A DNA stretch of 64,000 nt from Scyliorhinus canicula (taxonomy: Eukaryota). The notes beneath the pieces are model-generated. The model saw only the letters and a list, made by a program, of their open reading frames with translations, was not told the DNA's origin and searched no databases. Of this stretch, positions 38,604 to 50,619 are shown in pieces. Positions within the stretch are counted from its first letter, which is position 1, and each line of letters begins with the position of its first letter. A program made the position numbers and the translations under genes. Location of the stretch: contig NC_052151.1 in the NCBI RefSeq assembly GCF_902713615.1, positions 125,053,927 to 125,117,926 of the forward strand, given 5' to 3'.

Positions 38604-41600
38604 TATAAATTTAGGGTACCCAATTAATTTTTTTCAATTAAGGGGCAATTTAGCGTGTTCAATCCACCTACCTTGCACATCTTTGGGTTGTGGGGGTGAC
38701 GCATAATCAATGGACACGAAATGTAGATAAAGTTCGAACGATAGGCTTTAATACACAAGAAGTGTGCCCGGCAGCAGACGTACAGAAGAATGGCAGACTG
38801 CCGGGGAACACGGGCTTTTATACCCCACCTCGTAGGTGGAGCTACCTACCTCTCAGCCAATCGGCTGAGAGGCACATGACATACCTGGGCCAATGGGCAG
38901 CGAGTCCTCTGCACCAATGGCAGCTCACACTTCCAGGTACCGTAATACCCCTAGTCATACTACCACATTCACCCCCTGTTGAGAAAGGAACTGGCGGGGG
39001 GTGGGAGGATACGGGAAACGCGGACATGGGGGAGGGGGTGCGTGTCCCGTGAGTACGTGAGAGACTGGTAGTATGACTAGAGATATTAGGTCGTACCATT
39101 GCAGTGATGGCTGCCCACTGGCCCGCAATTACGTTCAAAATACAACAAAACTATGTACAGTGTGTAAAAACTGGGGTGGGGGGGGGGGGAATGGAGAATA
39201 GACAAGGGAAAACAAGAGTCCATCAGCAGGTCACATGGATTCGATCAGCCGATCGGATGCCTTGGATGTCCTGTTTGACCTGCGTAGCTGTGCCGGCGAC
39301 GTTGGAGTGGTGCTCGTCCGTGCGTCCCGGAGCGATGATCCTGTTCTTGCATCCGTACCACTAGTCGGAGCTAGCGGGGGCCAAGCCGGGGGAGGGTCGT
39401 CCTGTCCGCTGGGCCGTGGGTGTGTAGGTGTCAGTGGGGCCGGGAAGGGGGCGCTTGCTGGGGGTAGTGGGGGTTGGGGGATGTTGGCGCCGGGGGGTGT
39501 GGCCGGGATCCGGCGGGTGCCATGTCCTGAAGGGAGACCGTGTCCTGTCGGCCGTCGGGATACTCCACGTACGTGTATTGCGGGTTTGCGTGGAGTAGCT
39601 GGAGTTCGACCAACGGGTCCGACTTGTGCACCCGCACGTGCTTCCGGAGCAGGCTGGGCCCGGGGGTAGCCAACAAGGTCGGGAGCGGGGTCCCTGAGGA
39701 AGACTTCCTGGGGAAAACAATAAGGCGTTCGTGAGGCGTTCGGTTAGTGGAGGTACAGAGGAGTGACCGGATAGATTGGAGGGCGTCTGGGAGGACCTCT
39801 AGCCAGTGGGAGACTGGGGGATTTCTGGACCGCAGGGCCTGTAGGACGGTCTTCCAGTTTGTACTGTTTTCCCTCTCGACCTGTCCATTACCTCGGGGAT
39901 TGTAACTGGTCGCCCTGCTGGAGCGATGCCCCTGCTGAGCAGGAACTGACGCAGCTCGTCACTCATAAAGGAGGACCCCCTATCGCTGTGAATGTAAGCG
40001 GGGAATCCGAACAGGGAGAAAATGGTGTGTAGCGCTTTAATGATGGTGGCTGTGGTCATGTCAGGACAGGGGATGGCGAAGGGGAAGCGGGAGTACTTGT
40101 CAATCACGTTGAGGAAGTACGTGTTGCGGTTGTTGGAGGGGAGGGGACCTTTGAAGTCCATGCTGAGACGTTCAAAGGAGCGGGAAGCCTTTATAAGATG
40201 TGCTTGTTTGGGGCGGTAGAAGTGCGGCATGCACTCCGCGCAGATGTGGCATTCCGTGGTCACTGTCCTGACCTCCTCGATAGAGTAGGGCAGGTTGCGG
40301 GTCTTTATAAAATGGAAAAAGCAGGTGACTCCCGGGTGGCAGAGGTCCGCATGGAGGGTTTGGAGGCGGTCCACTTGTGCGTTGGCACAGGTACCGCGGG
40401 ACAGGGCATCGGGAGGCTCCCAGGACGATCCAAGATGTCATAGTTGTAGGTGGACAGTTCTATCCTCCACCGCAAGATTTTGTCGTTCTTTATCTTGCCC
40501 CTCTGTGCGTTTTCGAACATGAAGGCCACTGACCATTGGTCTGTGAGGAGGGTGAACCTCCTGCCGGCCAGATAGTGCCTCCAATGTCGCACAGCTTCTA
40601 CTATGGACTGTGCTTCCTTTTCAACCGAGGAGTGTCGGATTTCGGAAGCGTGGAGGGTACGTGAGAAGAAGACCACAGGTCTGCCTGCTTGGTTGAGGGT
40701 GGCCGCCAGAGCTACATCGAATGCGTCGCTCTCGATTTGGAAGGGGAGGGACTCGTCGATAGCGCGCATCGTGGCCGTTGCAATATCTGCTTTGATGAGG
40801 CTAAAGGCCTGGCGGGCCTCCATCGACAGGGGAAAGGTGGTTGATTGGATGAGTCCGTGAGGCTTAAGGTCTCTCTCTCTAAAAGTCTTTGGCGGATCTG
40901 CGAAGATTGCATATCCGCAACGAAAGCGTCTCTGATCAAAAGTTTGGTGTGCTCGGCAGCGGAAACTTGTGGGCAGCCGCAGTTTCTCCCCAGAATGAGG
41001 AGAGCCCGGTAAAATTCATCTAGGGACTCACCAGGAAGTTGCTGCCTCGTGGCCAGTAAGTGCCGAGTGTAGACCTGGTTCACCGGCCGTATGAAATGTC
41101 CTTTAAGCAAGTCCATGGCCGCGTCGTAGTCTGTCGTGTCCTCTATGAGCGTGTATACCGCGGTGCCGACGCACGAGTGGAGGATGTGCAATTTCTGTTT
41201 CCTCGTCGGGACGTTTTCGGCTGTACTCAAGTAGCTATTGAAGCAAGCCAGCCAGTGTTTAAATGCTGCAGTTGAATTTGCTGTGTGCGGGCTGAGTCGA
41301 AGACACTCCGGCTTGATGCGAAGCTCCATCCTTTAAAATCTTGTGTATTAAATTGACGCACAATCAATTGACACGAAACGTAGATAAAGTCCGAATGATA
41401 GGCTTTAATACACGAGAAGTGTGCCCGGCAGCAGATGTACAGAAGAATGGCAGACTGCCGGGGAACACGGGCTCTTATACCCCACCTCGTAGGCGGAGCT
41501 ACCTACCTCTCAGCCAATCAGCTGAGAGGCACATGACATACCTGGGCCAATGGGCAGTGCGTCCTCTGCACTAATGGCAGCTCACGCTTCCAGGTACCGT

Positions 41601-41754
41601 AATACCCCTAGTCATACTACCACGGGAGGCGAAACCCATGCAAACACAGGGAGAATGTGCAAACTCCACACGGACAGTGACCCTGAGCCGGGATTGAACC
41701 TGGGACCTCGGAGCCGTGAGACTGCAGTGCTACCACTGCGCCACCGTGCTGCCC
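38604..41754 (-). mobile_element. A-tailed V-SINE split by the Gypsy insertion (38604-38696 and 41625-41754)
   Basis: Joining the flanks restores gggttgtggggg-cgaaacccatgcaaacac of the SINE body. Confidence 0.88.
38697..41624 (-). mobile_element. Internally deleted Gypsy LTR retrotransposon (LTRs 38697-38967 and 41354-41624)
   Basis: Two 271-bp LTRs (about 15 mismatches by hand, mostly transitions); PPT AGGGGGTGAA at 38968-38977; gag ATG at 41329; RNase H (ESDAFDVAL, SVEKEA) and integrase (HHCC, DFKG, HSDRG); TSD GGGGG/GGAGG. Confidence 0.95.
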
Positions 41755-42032
41755 TAGAGAGAGGGGGCGAAGGGGAAAGGCCCAACAACAAAGGAGGGGC
41801 ACCGCTCATGTGTAAGTAACAAATAACTAACCATTGTACAGTGAAGGGCACAGGAAAGGACCCTCAAACAGTGAGGGGTGTGTGGTCGGGTGGGGGGGAG
41901 CGCGCCGACACTAAGGAAATCAATATGTACGTAGTAATCAGCACAGTCCTTACTGCTTGTATAGTGCACCATATGTAAAAACTTCAATAAAAACATTTCA
42001 AAAAACAAAATGGCTTCCAGTTGCTGAACAAT

Positions 42033-43750
42033 ACTTTTCGTCAGTATTCACTCAAGAATACTGACTTTTCGTCAGTATTCACTCAAGAAAAAGATAATAT
42101 TGTGGAGGAGAATGCTGAGACCCAGGCTATTAGAATAGATGGCATTGAGGTGCGTAGGGAAGAATTGTGGGCAATTCTGGACAAGGTGAAAATAGATAAG
42201 TCCCCGGGGCCGGATGGGATTTATCCTAGGATTCTCTGGGAAGCCAGGGAAGAGATTGCTGAGCCTTTGGCTTTGATTTTTAGGTCATCATTGGCTACAG
42301 GAATAGTGCCAGAGGACTGGAGGATAGCAAATGTGGTCCCTTTGTTCAAGAAGGTGAGTAGAGATAACCCCGGTAACTATAGGCCGGTGAGCCTAACGTC
42401 TGTGGTGGGTAAGGTCTTGAAGAGGATTATAAAAGATACGATTTATAATCATCTAGATAGGAATAATATGATTAGGGATAGTCAGCATGGTTTTGTGAAG
42501 GGTAGGTCATGCCTCACAAACCTTATCGAGTTCTTTGAGAAGGTGACTGAACAGGTAGACGAGGGTAGAACTGTTGATGTGGTGTATATGGATTTCAGTA
42601 AAGCGTTTGATAAGGTTCCCCACGGTCGTCTATTGCAGAAAATACGGAGGCTGGGGATTGAGGGTGATTTAGAGACGTGGATCAGAAATTGGCTAGTTGA
42701 AAGAAGACAGAGAGTGGTAGTTGATGGGAAATGTTCAGAATTGGAGTTCAGTTACGAGTGGCGTACCACAAGGATCTGTTCTGGGACCGTTGCTGTTTGT
42801 CATTTTGATAAATGACCTAGAGGAGGGCGCAGAAGGATGGGTGAGTAAATTTGCAGACGACACTAAAGTCGGTGGAGTTGTAGACAGTGTGGAAGTATGT
42901 TGCAGGTTACAGAGGGACATAGATAAGCTGCAGAGCTGGGCTGAGAGGTGGCAAATGGAGTATAATGTGGAGAAGTGTGAGGTGATTCACTTTGGAAAGA
43001 ATAACAGGAATGCGGCATATTTGGCTAATGGTAAAATTCTTGGTAGTGTGGATGAGCAAAGGGATCTCGGTGTCCATGTACATAGATCCCTGAAAGTTGC
43101 CACCCAGGTTGATAGGGTTGTGAAGAAGGCCTATGGTGTGTTGGCCTTTATTGGTAGAGGGATTGAGTTCCGGAGCCATGAGGTCATGTTGCAGTTGTAC
43201 AAAACTCTAGTACGGCCGCATTTGGAGTATTGCGTACAGTTCTGGTCGCCTCATTATAGGAAGGACGTGGAAGCTTTGGAACGGGTGCAGAGGAGATTTA
43301 CCAGGATGTTGCCTGGTATGGAGGGAAATTCTTATGAGGAAAGGCTGATGGACTTGAGGTTGTTTTCGTTAGAGAGTAGAAGGTTAAGAGGTGACTTAAT
43401 AGAGGCATACAAAATGATCAGAGGGTTAGATAGGGTGGACAGCGAGAGCCTTCTCCCGCGGATGGAGGTGGCTAGCACAAGGGGACATAGCCTTAAATTG
43501 AGGGGTAATAGATATAGGACAGAGGTCAGAGGTGGGTTTTTTACGCAAAGAGTGGTGAGGCCGTGGAATGCCCTACCTGCAACAGTAGTGAACTCGCAAC
43601 ATTGAGGGCATTTAAAAATTTATTGGATAAGCATATGGATGATAAGGGCATAGTGTAGGTTCGATGGCCTTTAGTTTTTTTTCCATGTCGGTGCAACATC
43701 GAGGGCCGAAGGGCCTGTACTGCGCTGTATCCTTCTATGTTCTATGTTCT
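42033..43750 (+). mobile_element. 5'-truncated CR1 (HER1-like) LINE, young, one frameshift near 42730
   Basis: ORFs 42021-42815 and 42721-43605 with RT motifs DFSKAFDKVPH, SGVPQGSVLGP, KFADDTK; (TTCTATG)n tail; probable TSD AATAC at 42030-42034 and 43751-43755. Confidence 0.96.
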
Positions 43751-45049
43751 AATACCTTCATACCTCTGCGGCTTATTTACTCTTCACACCTCAGCCCTCT
43801 TTAAGCACAATAGAAACAGAGTTGGAACTGAATCAACCCCCACACAAGCATCTTTGTCCAGCGTGAATACAACTATAGATTTGACCCTTCCTTTCACAGA
43901 AACATTAAATTAAACCCACTTAAAACTCTACCTTATTTCAAATGTTTACCAATACAAATAAAAATCCCTTAAAACTGCATTGGTTTCCCTCACAATTGAG
44001 ACTTCTCTGACACTGGATACATCAAATATGCGTGCAATACTTGGAAAGAATGTATACCCTCAGCTGGACACAAAACCTCCAATTATTTTCTACAAAACGT
44101 TTTTTAAGGCAGTTTTTCATTTCGAGATTGGTTTAATTTGTACCTTTTGTTGCATACTGTCTGTTTAAAATGTGATTTTGGCACGCAGGCAGTACACATA
44201 AGTAAAACCAGAGCAGCCTTAGTTCACGCTATTAAATCAAAGATATGCCATGGTATAAGGTCTGCATTTAAGCAGGCTTATACTTTTAAATGATAATTAA
44301 AACAAACTCTAGATTTTAATCAGGATATGTAATTGTTCTGAGTTCTAATGGATTGAATTGTGCTGTTCCTAAAAATCTGCCAATCAATGCCTTGTTTTAT
44401 ATGAGCTGTCAAGTTTCAAAGCAAAAAGCTTTACCAGTTTTGAATTGTATGGAGGAGTCGGGTTGTGATCTGATATCTTGATTGGCAAAGCAATGGTCAT
44501 TTTTCATGCTTGCAAGGTAGCATCGGCAGAGCATTTGTTTCTGTGTAAAGGCAAAGAGAATGCCATAATGCATCATGGAGATTACAACCCAAACAGAAAC
44601 CAATTGGCCCATCATATTTATGTCATTGCTAGTTCAATATTACAGCTTTCTATTTTCATCCTATTTTCATAAATGTTTTTTTATTCCCTGTTCAAGTGCT
44701 CTAATTCCCTCTTAAATAGTAAGGTTGGCTTGGTTTCATTGGTCACTTTCAGTGAAACATTCCCTATTCTGAATACTTCCCTATTGTTGCTGATTTAATG
44801 ATGCATGGAGCTAATTATACTCACCTTCAATGCTCTGGACATATCCTTCAGCTGAAAAGGTTAAGTGGGAATCTATGATGAAGCAGCACTATTAATTTAA
44901 ATGTTTCATGATTACATTTTATTTTTGGTGTAATCTTAATAAAGCAACATTATATATTTCCATCAGTTGGAAAGTATTTCTGTAATGGCATGTGCAAAAC
45001 TGTCAATGTATTCCCGTTATGATTTCTTGTCCTAAATAGCCACATCATT

Positions 45050-45555
45050 GCTTGAAATGATAGAAGGAATCCAAAGAGACTTTGGTGTCTACATGCACAG
45101 ATCATTAAAATGTCATGAACAGAACATAACCAAAAAGACTAATGGAAGGCTGGTTTAACAAGAGGAATAGAATACCTTGGTTTGATCAAAGTTTTCAAGG
45201 TAATAAGACCACAAATAGAGTAGATTGGGGGAAAACTAATTCCTGTGATTGGGAAAACTAATTCCTGTCTTGGACAAGGAGGCATTGTCAAAAAAATTAT
45301 AGAGTTGAACCTTTCGGGCATGAAATTAGGAAATGCTTCTGCACAAGCAGGGTTGTCAATGTTTGGAGCATTTTTCCACAAATGGATGAATCAATCAGTG
45401 ATCTTAAAGCTGAGATTGATGGATCATTGTTATCTCAAAGTTATGACCGGATAGGGAGGCAAAGGCAGGCATGTAGAGTTGGGTCATAGATCTTATTGAA
45501 TGGTGGCACAGGTTTGAGGGGTTTAAATGGGCCACTCTTGTTCCTATGTTCTTCT
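45050..45555 (+). mobile_element. Degraded CR1 3' fragment
   Basis: agagactttggtgtctacatgcacagatcattaaaa and tail gccactcttgttcctatgttc. Confidence 0.65.
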
Positions 45556-45574
45556 TATCACCTTGTTTAAGAGT

Positions 45575-45920
45575 TCATAGAATTTACAGTGCAGAAGGAG
45601 GCCATTTGGCCCATCGATTCTGCACCGGCTCTTGGAAAGAGCACCCTAGCCAAGGTCAACACCTCCACCCTATCCCATAATCCAGTAACCCCACCCAACA
45701 CTAAGGGCAATTTTGGACACTAAGGGCAATTTATCATGGCCAATCCACCTAACCTGCACATCTTTGGACTGTGGGAGGAAACCGGAGCACCCGGAGGAAA
45801 CTCACGCACACACAGGGAGGATGTGCAGACTCCGCACAGACAGTGACCCAAGCCGGAATCGAACCTGGGACCCTGGAGCTGTGAAGCAATTGTGCTATCC
45901 ACAATGCTACCATGCTGCCC
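45575..45920 (-). mobile_element. HE1/V-SINE (young subfamily)
   Basis: Near-identical reverse complement of 6486-6830. Confidence 0.92.
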
Positions 45921-46402
45921 TACAGTTAATGTTAATATTGTTGTCGATAATTTTAAAGCACTCCTCTTTATGCAAGTATATTAAAATATGGATAACATTC
46001 ATGCACATGAATAGTTAGAAAATAATTGAATCATAAGTAACAGTCTTTCTGAAATTGGGAGAGTGTAGATGTGAGGCTGTTATGTCTCAGTTTAGTTAGT
46101 TTGATCTGCCGCACAGTTTAGTGAAATGTATAGATGAGAGTTTTCCATGGACTGACGTTCTCTTGGGATGACTGCGGAGGAAAAAATTACTCGCGTAACC
46201 AGTGGCACATGCATTAGTGTGGTATTCATATGTCTGGCCAGTTTGATGTGTTCTCTTTTGAAGTATTCAATAAGACAATTTACTTAGGCTTTTTCAGCTG
46301 TGATGAGCTGTGCAAAAATAGGATTCAGATGGATGGTGCACACTGAATGATTCTGTTTTCAGAATATGCTGCTTCAAACAGACATTTCTTTTCTTCCATT
46401 AG

Positions 46403-46470
46403 AATGATTGAGGAGTGCGGAAGAAGAGGAAAAACCATGGCCGAGAAGAGGCAACTATTTATGGATATGA
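46403..46470 (+). CDS. DTNB: First coding exon of a dystrobrevin gene (beta-like); ATG at 46404, phase-1 donor at 46471
   Basis: Polypyrimidine tract plus AG (ttcttttcttccattAG, 46401-46402) and donor GTGAGT. Translates [22 protein letters not shown](R), against recalled human DTNB [23 protein letters not shown] and DTNA MIEDSGKRGNTMAERRQLFAEMR. Family call is strong; beta versus alpha is less certain. Confidence 0.85.
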
Positions 46471-46889
46471 GTGAGTACCTTTGTATTTGTAATTATGAAA
46501 TAACAGCACACTAATATTGCTGATCTCTTGATACATAGCTATGGATGTATCAACTTGAAATATGAAAATAATCACTCAAATGAGAACTTAAAAATGTACA
46601 ATTTCAGAAGTCTACTAAATTATTATTGACGAAAAGAAATATTGTGTTGTGCAACGGCAAATGTCCATTCGCTGTTTCTTAGCAGGCAAGTTCTCAAAAC
46701 TAGCTCCAGTATTTCTGGGGGTAGGATAGAGATTATGTGAAAATTAGGTATTCAGCAGTTGTTTTTTTCTTCAGGTCACGAAAGGAGAGAAATTGTACAC
46801 CGTTGTATGCCCAATTCAACAATAGCAGAGAATTGGCAGCTGGTAACTTTGACAATGGAGGATTGTGTTGAATAGAAAAGACTTTATAT

Positions 46890-48150
46890 AGAAATTACAA
46901 AACAGAGTTGTTTGGCTTAACCAGTCTATTTTTCAGTTTACCTTCCACATGAGCAGTCAAACTAATCCCATGTGCACGCACTTTTCCCATATCCTGTTAA
47001 TGACCTTTCCTTCAACTGTTATCCAATCTCATGTAAAATGTAGAAATAGTCTTTGCTTCAATTACTGACTGTGTGCGTTCTACAACCCTCTTAAAAAATA
47101 TTGTCCTGCTCTCTACTGTAAAACTCCTACATTTAATTCTAAAGTGATGCCCCTTTGTACAATATTTTTCTATTTATTCCTTCCTCATCCTCATATTAAA
47201 TATCCCTCAAATTGTCTCCTACTCTCCTTATTTTCCTCTGTTGAAAGCTACCTCAATTTTTCAAGTCTTTATTTGTATTTGTGTTCCTCAAACCTGGGCA
47301 GCATCCGAATGAAACTATGCTGTTCTTTCTTCACTGTCTTAGCATTACACATGTAAGTTTTGCATCACATAGCAACTTGCATATTCTGTATCACTGAACT
47401 TTACTCCATTCAAAGAAAAATTATTAACATTTAACCAAAATCTGAGGTATCACCTCAGATTAGTTGAAATTGATTTTATCTGCCACCTATTTGCTTATAT
47501 CAATTTGTCCCTCCAGTTTCCTTTGATAAGTATAATTTACTATGCGCCCTATTTTATTATGTACAGATTTAGATGCCACTTCCTCTCGCCCTGTATCCAA
47601 GTTGTCAAAGTGTGCACTAAACAGAAATAGGCCTAGAGCAAAACATTAGAACAGTGCTACCTTCATCCATCCAACCTGAAAAGCTGTTCTTAGTTCCTAT
47701 TCTCTGCTCTTTTCCTTCTAATCTTTTTTTATTTTGGTTTACTACCTTCACCCAAATTCCATGCGCCATAATCTTTTCCAGTAATATCCAATGTGGTGTC
47801 TTTTCGAAGACATTCTGAAACTCTACTTACACAGCATTTTCCCCATCAAACAATTTTGTCCTCCTTTTCTCAAAGAGCTTAGATTAGATTTGTCAAATAC
47901 AGATTAGATTTGTCAAATACGATCCACGCAACTAAAATCTGTATTGTTTGCTTCTAAATATTTTACCCTGAGTTATATATTTTGTAATTTCATATTTAAT
48001 TAAAAATTTAAAAAATCACCCATCAGAAAAATTAAGCTAGCTGACCTATAATCACCCTGTTTAGCAACATCTCTCTTTTTGAGTATTATATTGGTCACTC
48101 TCCAGCCCTCTGGCATACATTCAACTCCCTGTGGTAATTTAGTGATGTAT
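46890..48150 (-). mobile_element. Old CR1-type LINE remnant (contains a 20-bp tandem duplication at 47881-47920)
   Basis: Reverse-strand RT-like traces: tcttttcgaagacattctgaaa (DF.K.F), ctgacctataatcacc (YR.VS). Confidence 0.5.
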
Positions 48151-48442
48151 CTGAAATTTGTTCCATTTCATAGTTATGTTATGTCATTGCTGTGCATCTT
48201 TTGTCAGCTTCCATGATTATCACAAGTGGAGTTCAAGGATGAATTTCCTGAAATGAATGACCATTCAAATTATTTGTCATGTTAGTTCAGGGAGAAATAC
48301 TGACCAAGATGGGAAAATAACTTCCCTGGTCTTCTTCAGCCTGTCCACCTGAGCAGGCTGATTTTAGTTAAGGTTAAGGCCTCCAATACCACTCCAATGG
48401 TGCTTCATTCATGCACTACTATCGTGGAGTGACAGTCCCCAG

Positions 48443-49514
48443 CAGCGATTTTCAAACTCTTTTTCCCGGACTCACTTTTACCAACCTTCCGATCTTCAGT
48501 ACCTACGCCGCTGATCTTCGGGGCACATGCTCTCCGAATTACGCGACCCGCGCCGGCCGACCTTCTCGATCCACAACTGCCAACCTTTGCGACACACCAT
48601 TTTCGCTTTCCTTCATTGCGACAGGTAAGCTTGCTTGATCCTCATGATCTCGCTTGCTTTATCATTCAATGTTACATTTCTGCTAAGAACTTCAGCTGAT
48701 GATTTAAGTTCTCGCTGCATTCTTTGAAACAAAATCAACAGGTTTTTCCTGAATTCACCATGCTTAAACTTTAAATGCCGCACCAATATAGGCTTGGAGG
48801 GCTGTATTGTTCTTTTTTGTCCTTTGTTCTTTTGAGGGTTTTAAACTTTCATTTGCCAGTACTTCCCTCCCGATAACACACATAGGTTTTGCATCCTCAT
48901 TTGGATTGGCAGTTAACAAAGTCATACCTCAAGAAATAATGTTTAGACTGTTTTGTGCCCGATTTCTGTTTTGTCTTTATGGGCTGTTCACCAGAGGCCC
49001 TGAAGCGCTGGATACAGCTCACACCAGCAGTGCTTTGTCCTGCCATGGACTCTCCTGTGCAGCTCTCTCCAGGAGATTCAGTTGAGAGATCCTGGCCTGT
49101 TTTTTTTCTCTGGCCTTCTCTTTATTAAAAAATGATCCATCTTCTGTTTTTCACACAGTCCTGTTCCCTGCTGTGCTCGCTCACAGCAACAAAATGGAGG
49201 AATCTCTCCTCTGTGATTTTGCGTGGAAAGCACGGATATGCAGGTTGCGTGACGTCGGTGCATGTGTCGGCGCGTGATCTGCTGTCTGTCGCCGCTTCTG
49301 GTGGGAAGACTCTAGCATTCATATTTAAAGTGCCGGTTGTAGTCGGCATTCTCAACTTAAAAGCTGGTTACAGTCAGCATTCTTAAAAGCCGGTCATGGC
49401 CATTGGATGCTTCTCCCGTGATTGGGAATGCTGCAACTTTCCCGATACCCACCTGTGACCCACCTGCGGATCATGACCACCCGCCGATCACAGCCTGCAG
49501 TTTGAGAAACCTTG
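48443..49514 (-). mobile_element. hAT Charlie/Buster deletion derivative with N-terminal transposase remnant
   Basis: TIRs CAGCGATTTTCAAACT / AGTTTGAGAAACCTTG; minus-strand remnants MDHFLIKRRPE and KPMCVIGREVLANESLKPSK...HLKFKH (ZBED5/SCAND3-type motif). Confidence 0.8.
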
Positions 49515-49949
49515 ATCCAGAGGATAGGCACAAGTGCTTGGAATAAGTCTTAAATCCACAAACATATAACAGGAGTTTAAAAAAAATAAGATTTCTACTG
49601 TTTTTTTTAGTGATGAGCACTAAACCACTTGGGTATCATATAATAGTGGAACATTTCCCAAATAATAACTTCATTGCAGTGTTAATGTGAGCCTAAGTGA
49701 CAATAATGATTATTTTTAAAAAATGACTAAATATGATATGAAGCTTGAAAGGAGAGAAAAGAGTCAAAAACCAAGCCATGGAAATTAAGTAAGCAAACTT
49801 TGAAGGGGTGAAAGTATGTTGGTTGGAGCCATCTGGGCAGAGCTGCTAATGGGCAAACCTACAGAAAAGCAGTGGGAGGTATTTAAAAAGTGTTTGCTGC
49901 AACATGACACCAATGTATGCCACTAAAAGACAAAAGTCCTACTTGTGCA

Positions 49950-50619
49950 GTTCGACAACCACGGGAGACTTAAGTGCCGACGCCAGAGTGAAAACCGGAG
50001 TGTTTCACTCCGGCGTCGGAGGCCGCTCCTTGCCCCCTATTCTCCCACCCCCAGGGGGCGAGGAGTGTCGCCGTGTCAATTTCACGCGCCGGGCCTTGGT
50101 GCCCGCGTCAAAGCGCCGCCGCCTAAACGACGCGGCCGGCCGCGCTTAAATGACGTCACCCGTGCATGCGCGGTTGCCGTCCTCCCCGCGGGTGCCCCGC
50201 AAGACATGGAGGATTGATCTTGCGGGGCGGCGGAGGGAAAAGAGTGCGTATTTTAGAGACGCCGACCCGCCGATCAGTGGGCACCGATTGCGGGCCAGAC
50301 CCATCCTCCCTCCCCCCCACAGGCCGCACACGCAGCGTTCGTGCGCTGTTCATGCCGGCAGCAACCAGGTGTGGTTGGCAACTGCGTGAACCAGTCGTAT
50401 TGGGCAGGCCGCTCGGCCCATCCGGGCCGGAGAATCGCCGCTCGACCGTTAGAAACGGCGAGCAGCGATTCTCCGAGCGGCCTGCCGTAAAATGCGGCAC
50501 GTCGTTTTGGGGGGGGGGGGGTTGGGAGAATCGCGTGCGGGTGCCAGGGCGGCGTTGCGGAAATCGCCCAGCACTCCCGCGATTCTCCCACCCGGCGTGG
50601 GGGTCGGAGAATCGTGCCC
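49950..50619. mobile_element. Harbinger-like MITE (left end missing or degenerate)
   Basis: Ends GGAGAATCGTGCCC; CpG-rich body sharing motifs with the other MITEs. Confidence 0.7.

Larger units (their letters stand above)
38105..42010 (+). mobile_element. L1/Tx1-like 3' end split by SINE and Gypsy insertions (pieces 38105-38397 and 41755-42010)
   Basis: G/A-rich UTR-like sequence ending TCAATAAAAACATTTCAAAAAACAAAA; not part of the host LTR. Confidence 0.45.
36305..43994 (-). mobile_element. Solo LTR (same family as 6938-8319) expanded by nested insertions; TSD ATTG
   Basis: Starts TGTTAC, ends CTCACA; ATTG at 36301-36304 and 43995-43998. Segments 36305-36810, 37725-38105, 42005-42034 and 43751-43994 align collinearly to 6938-8319. 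Confidence 0.8.
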
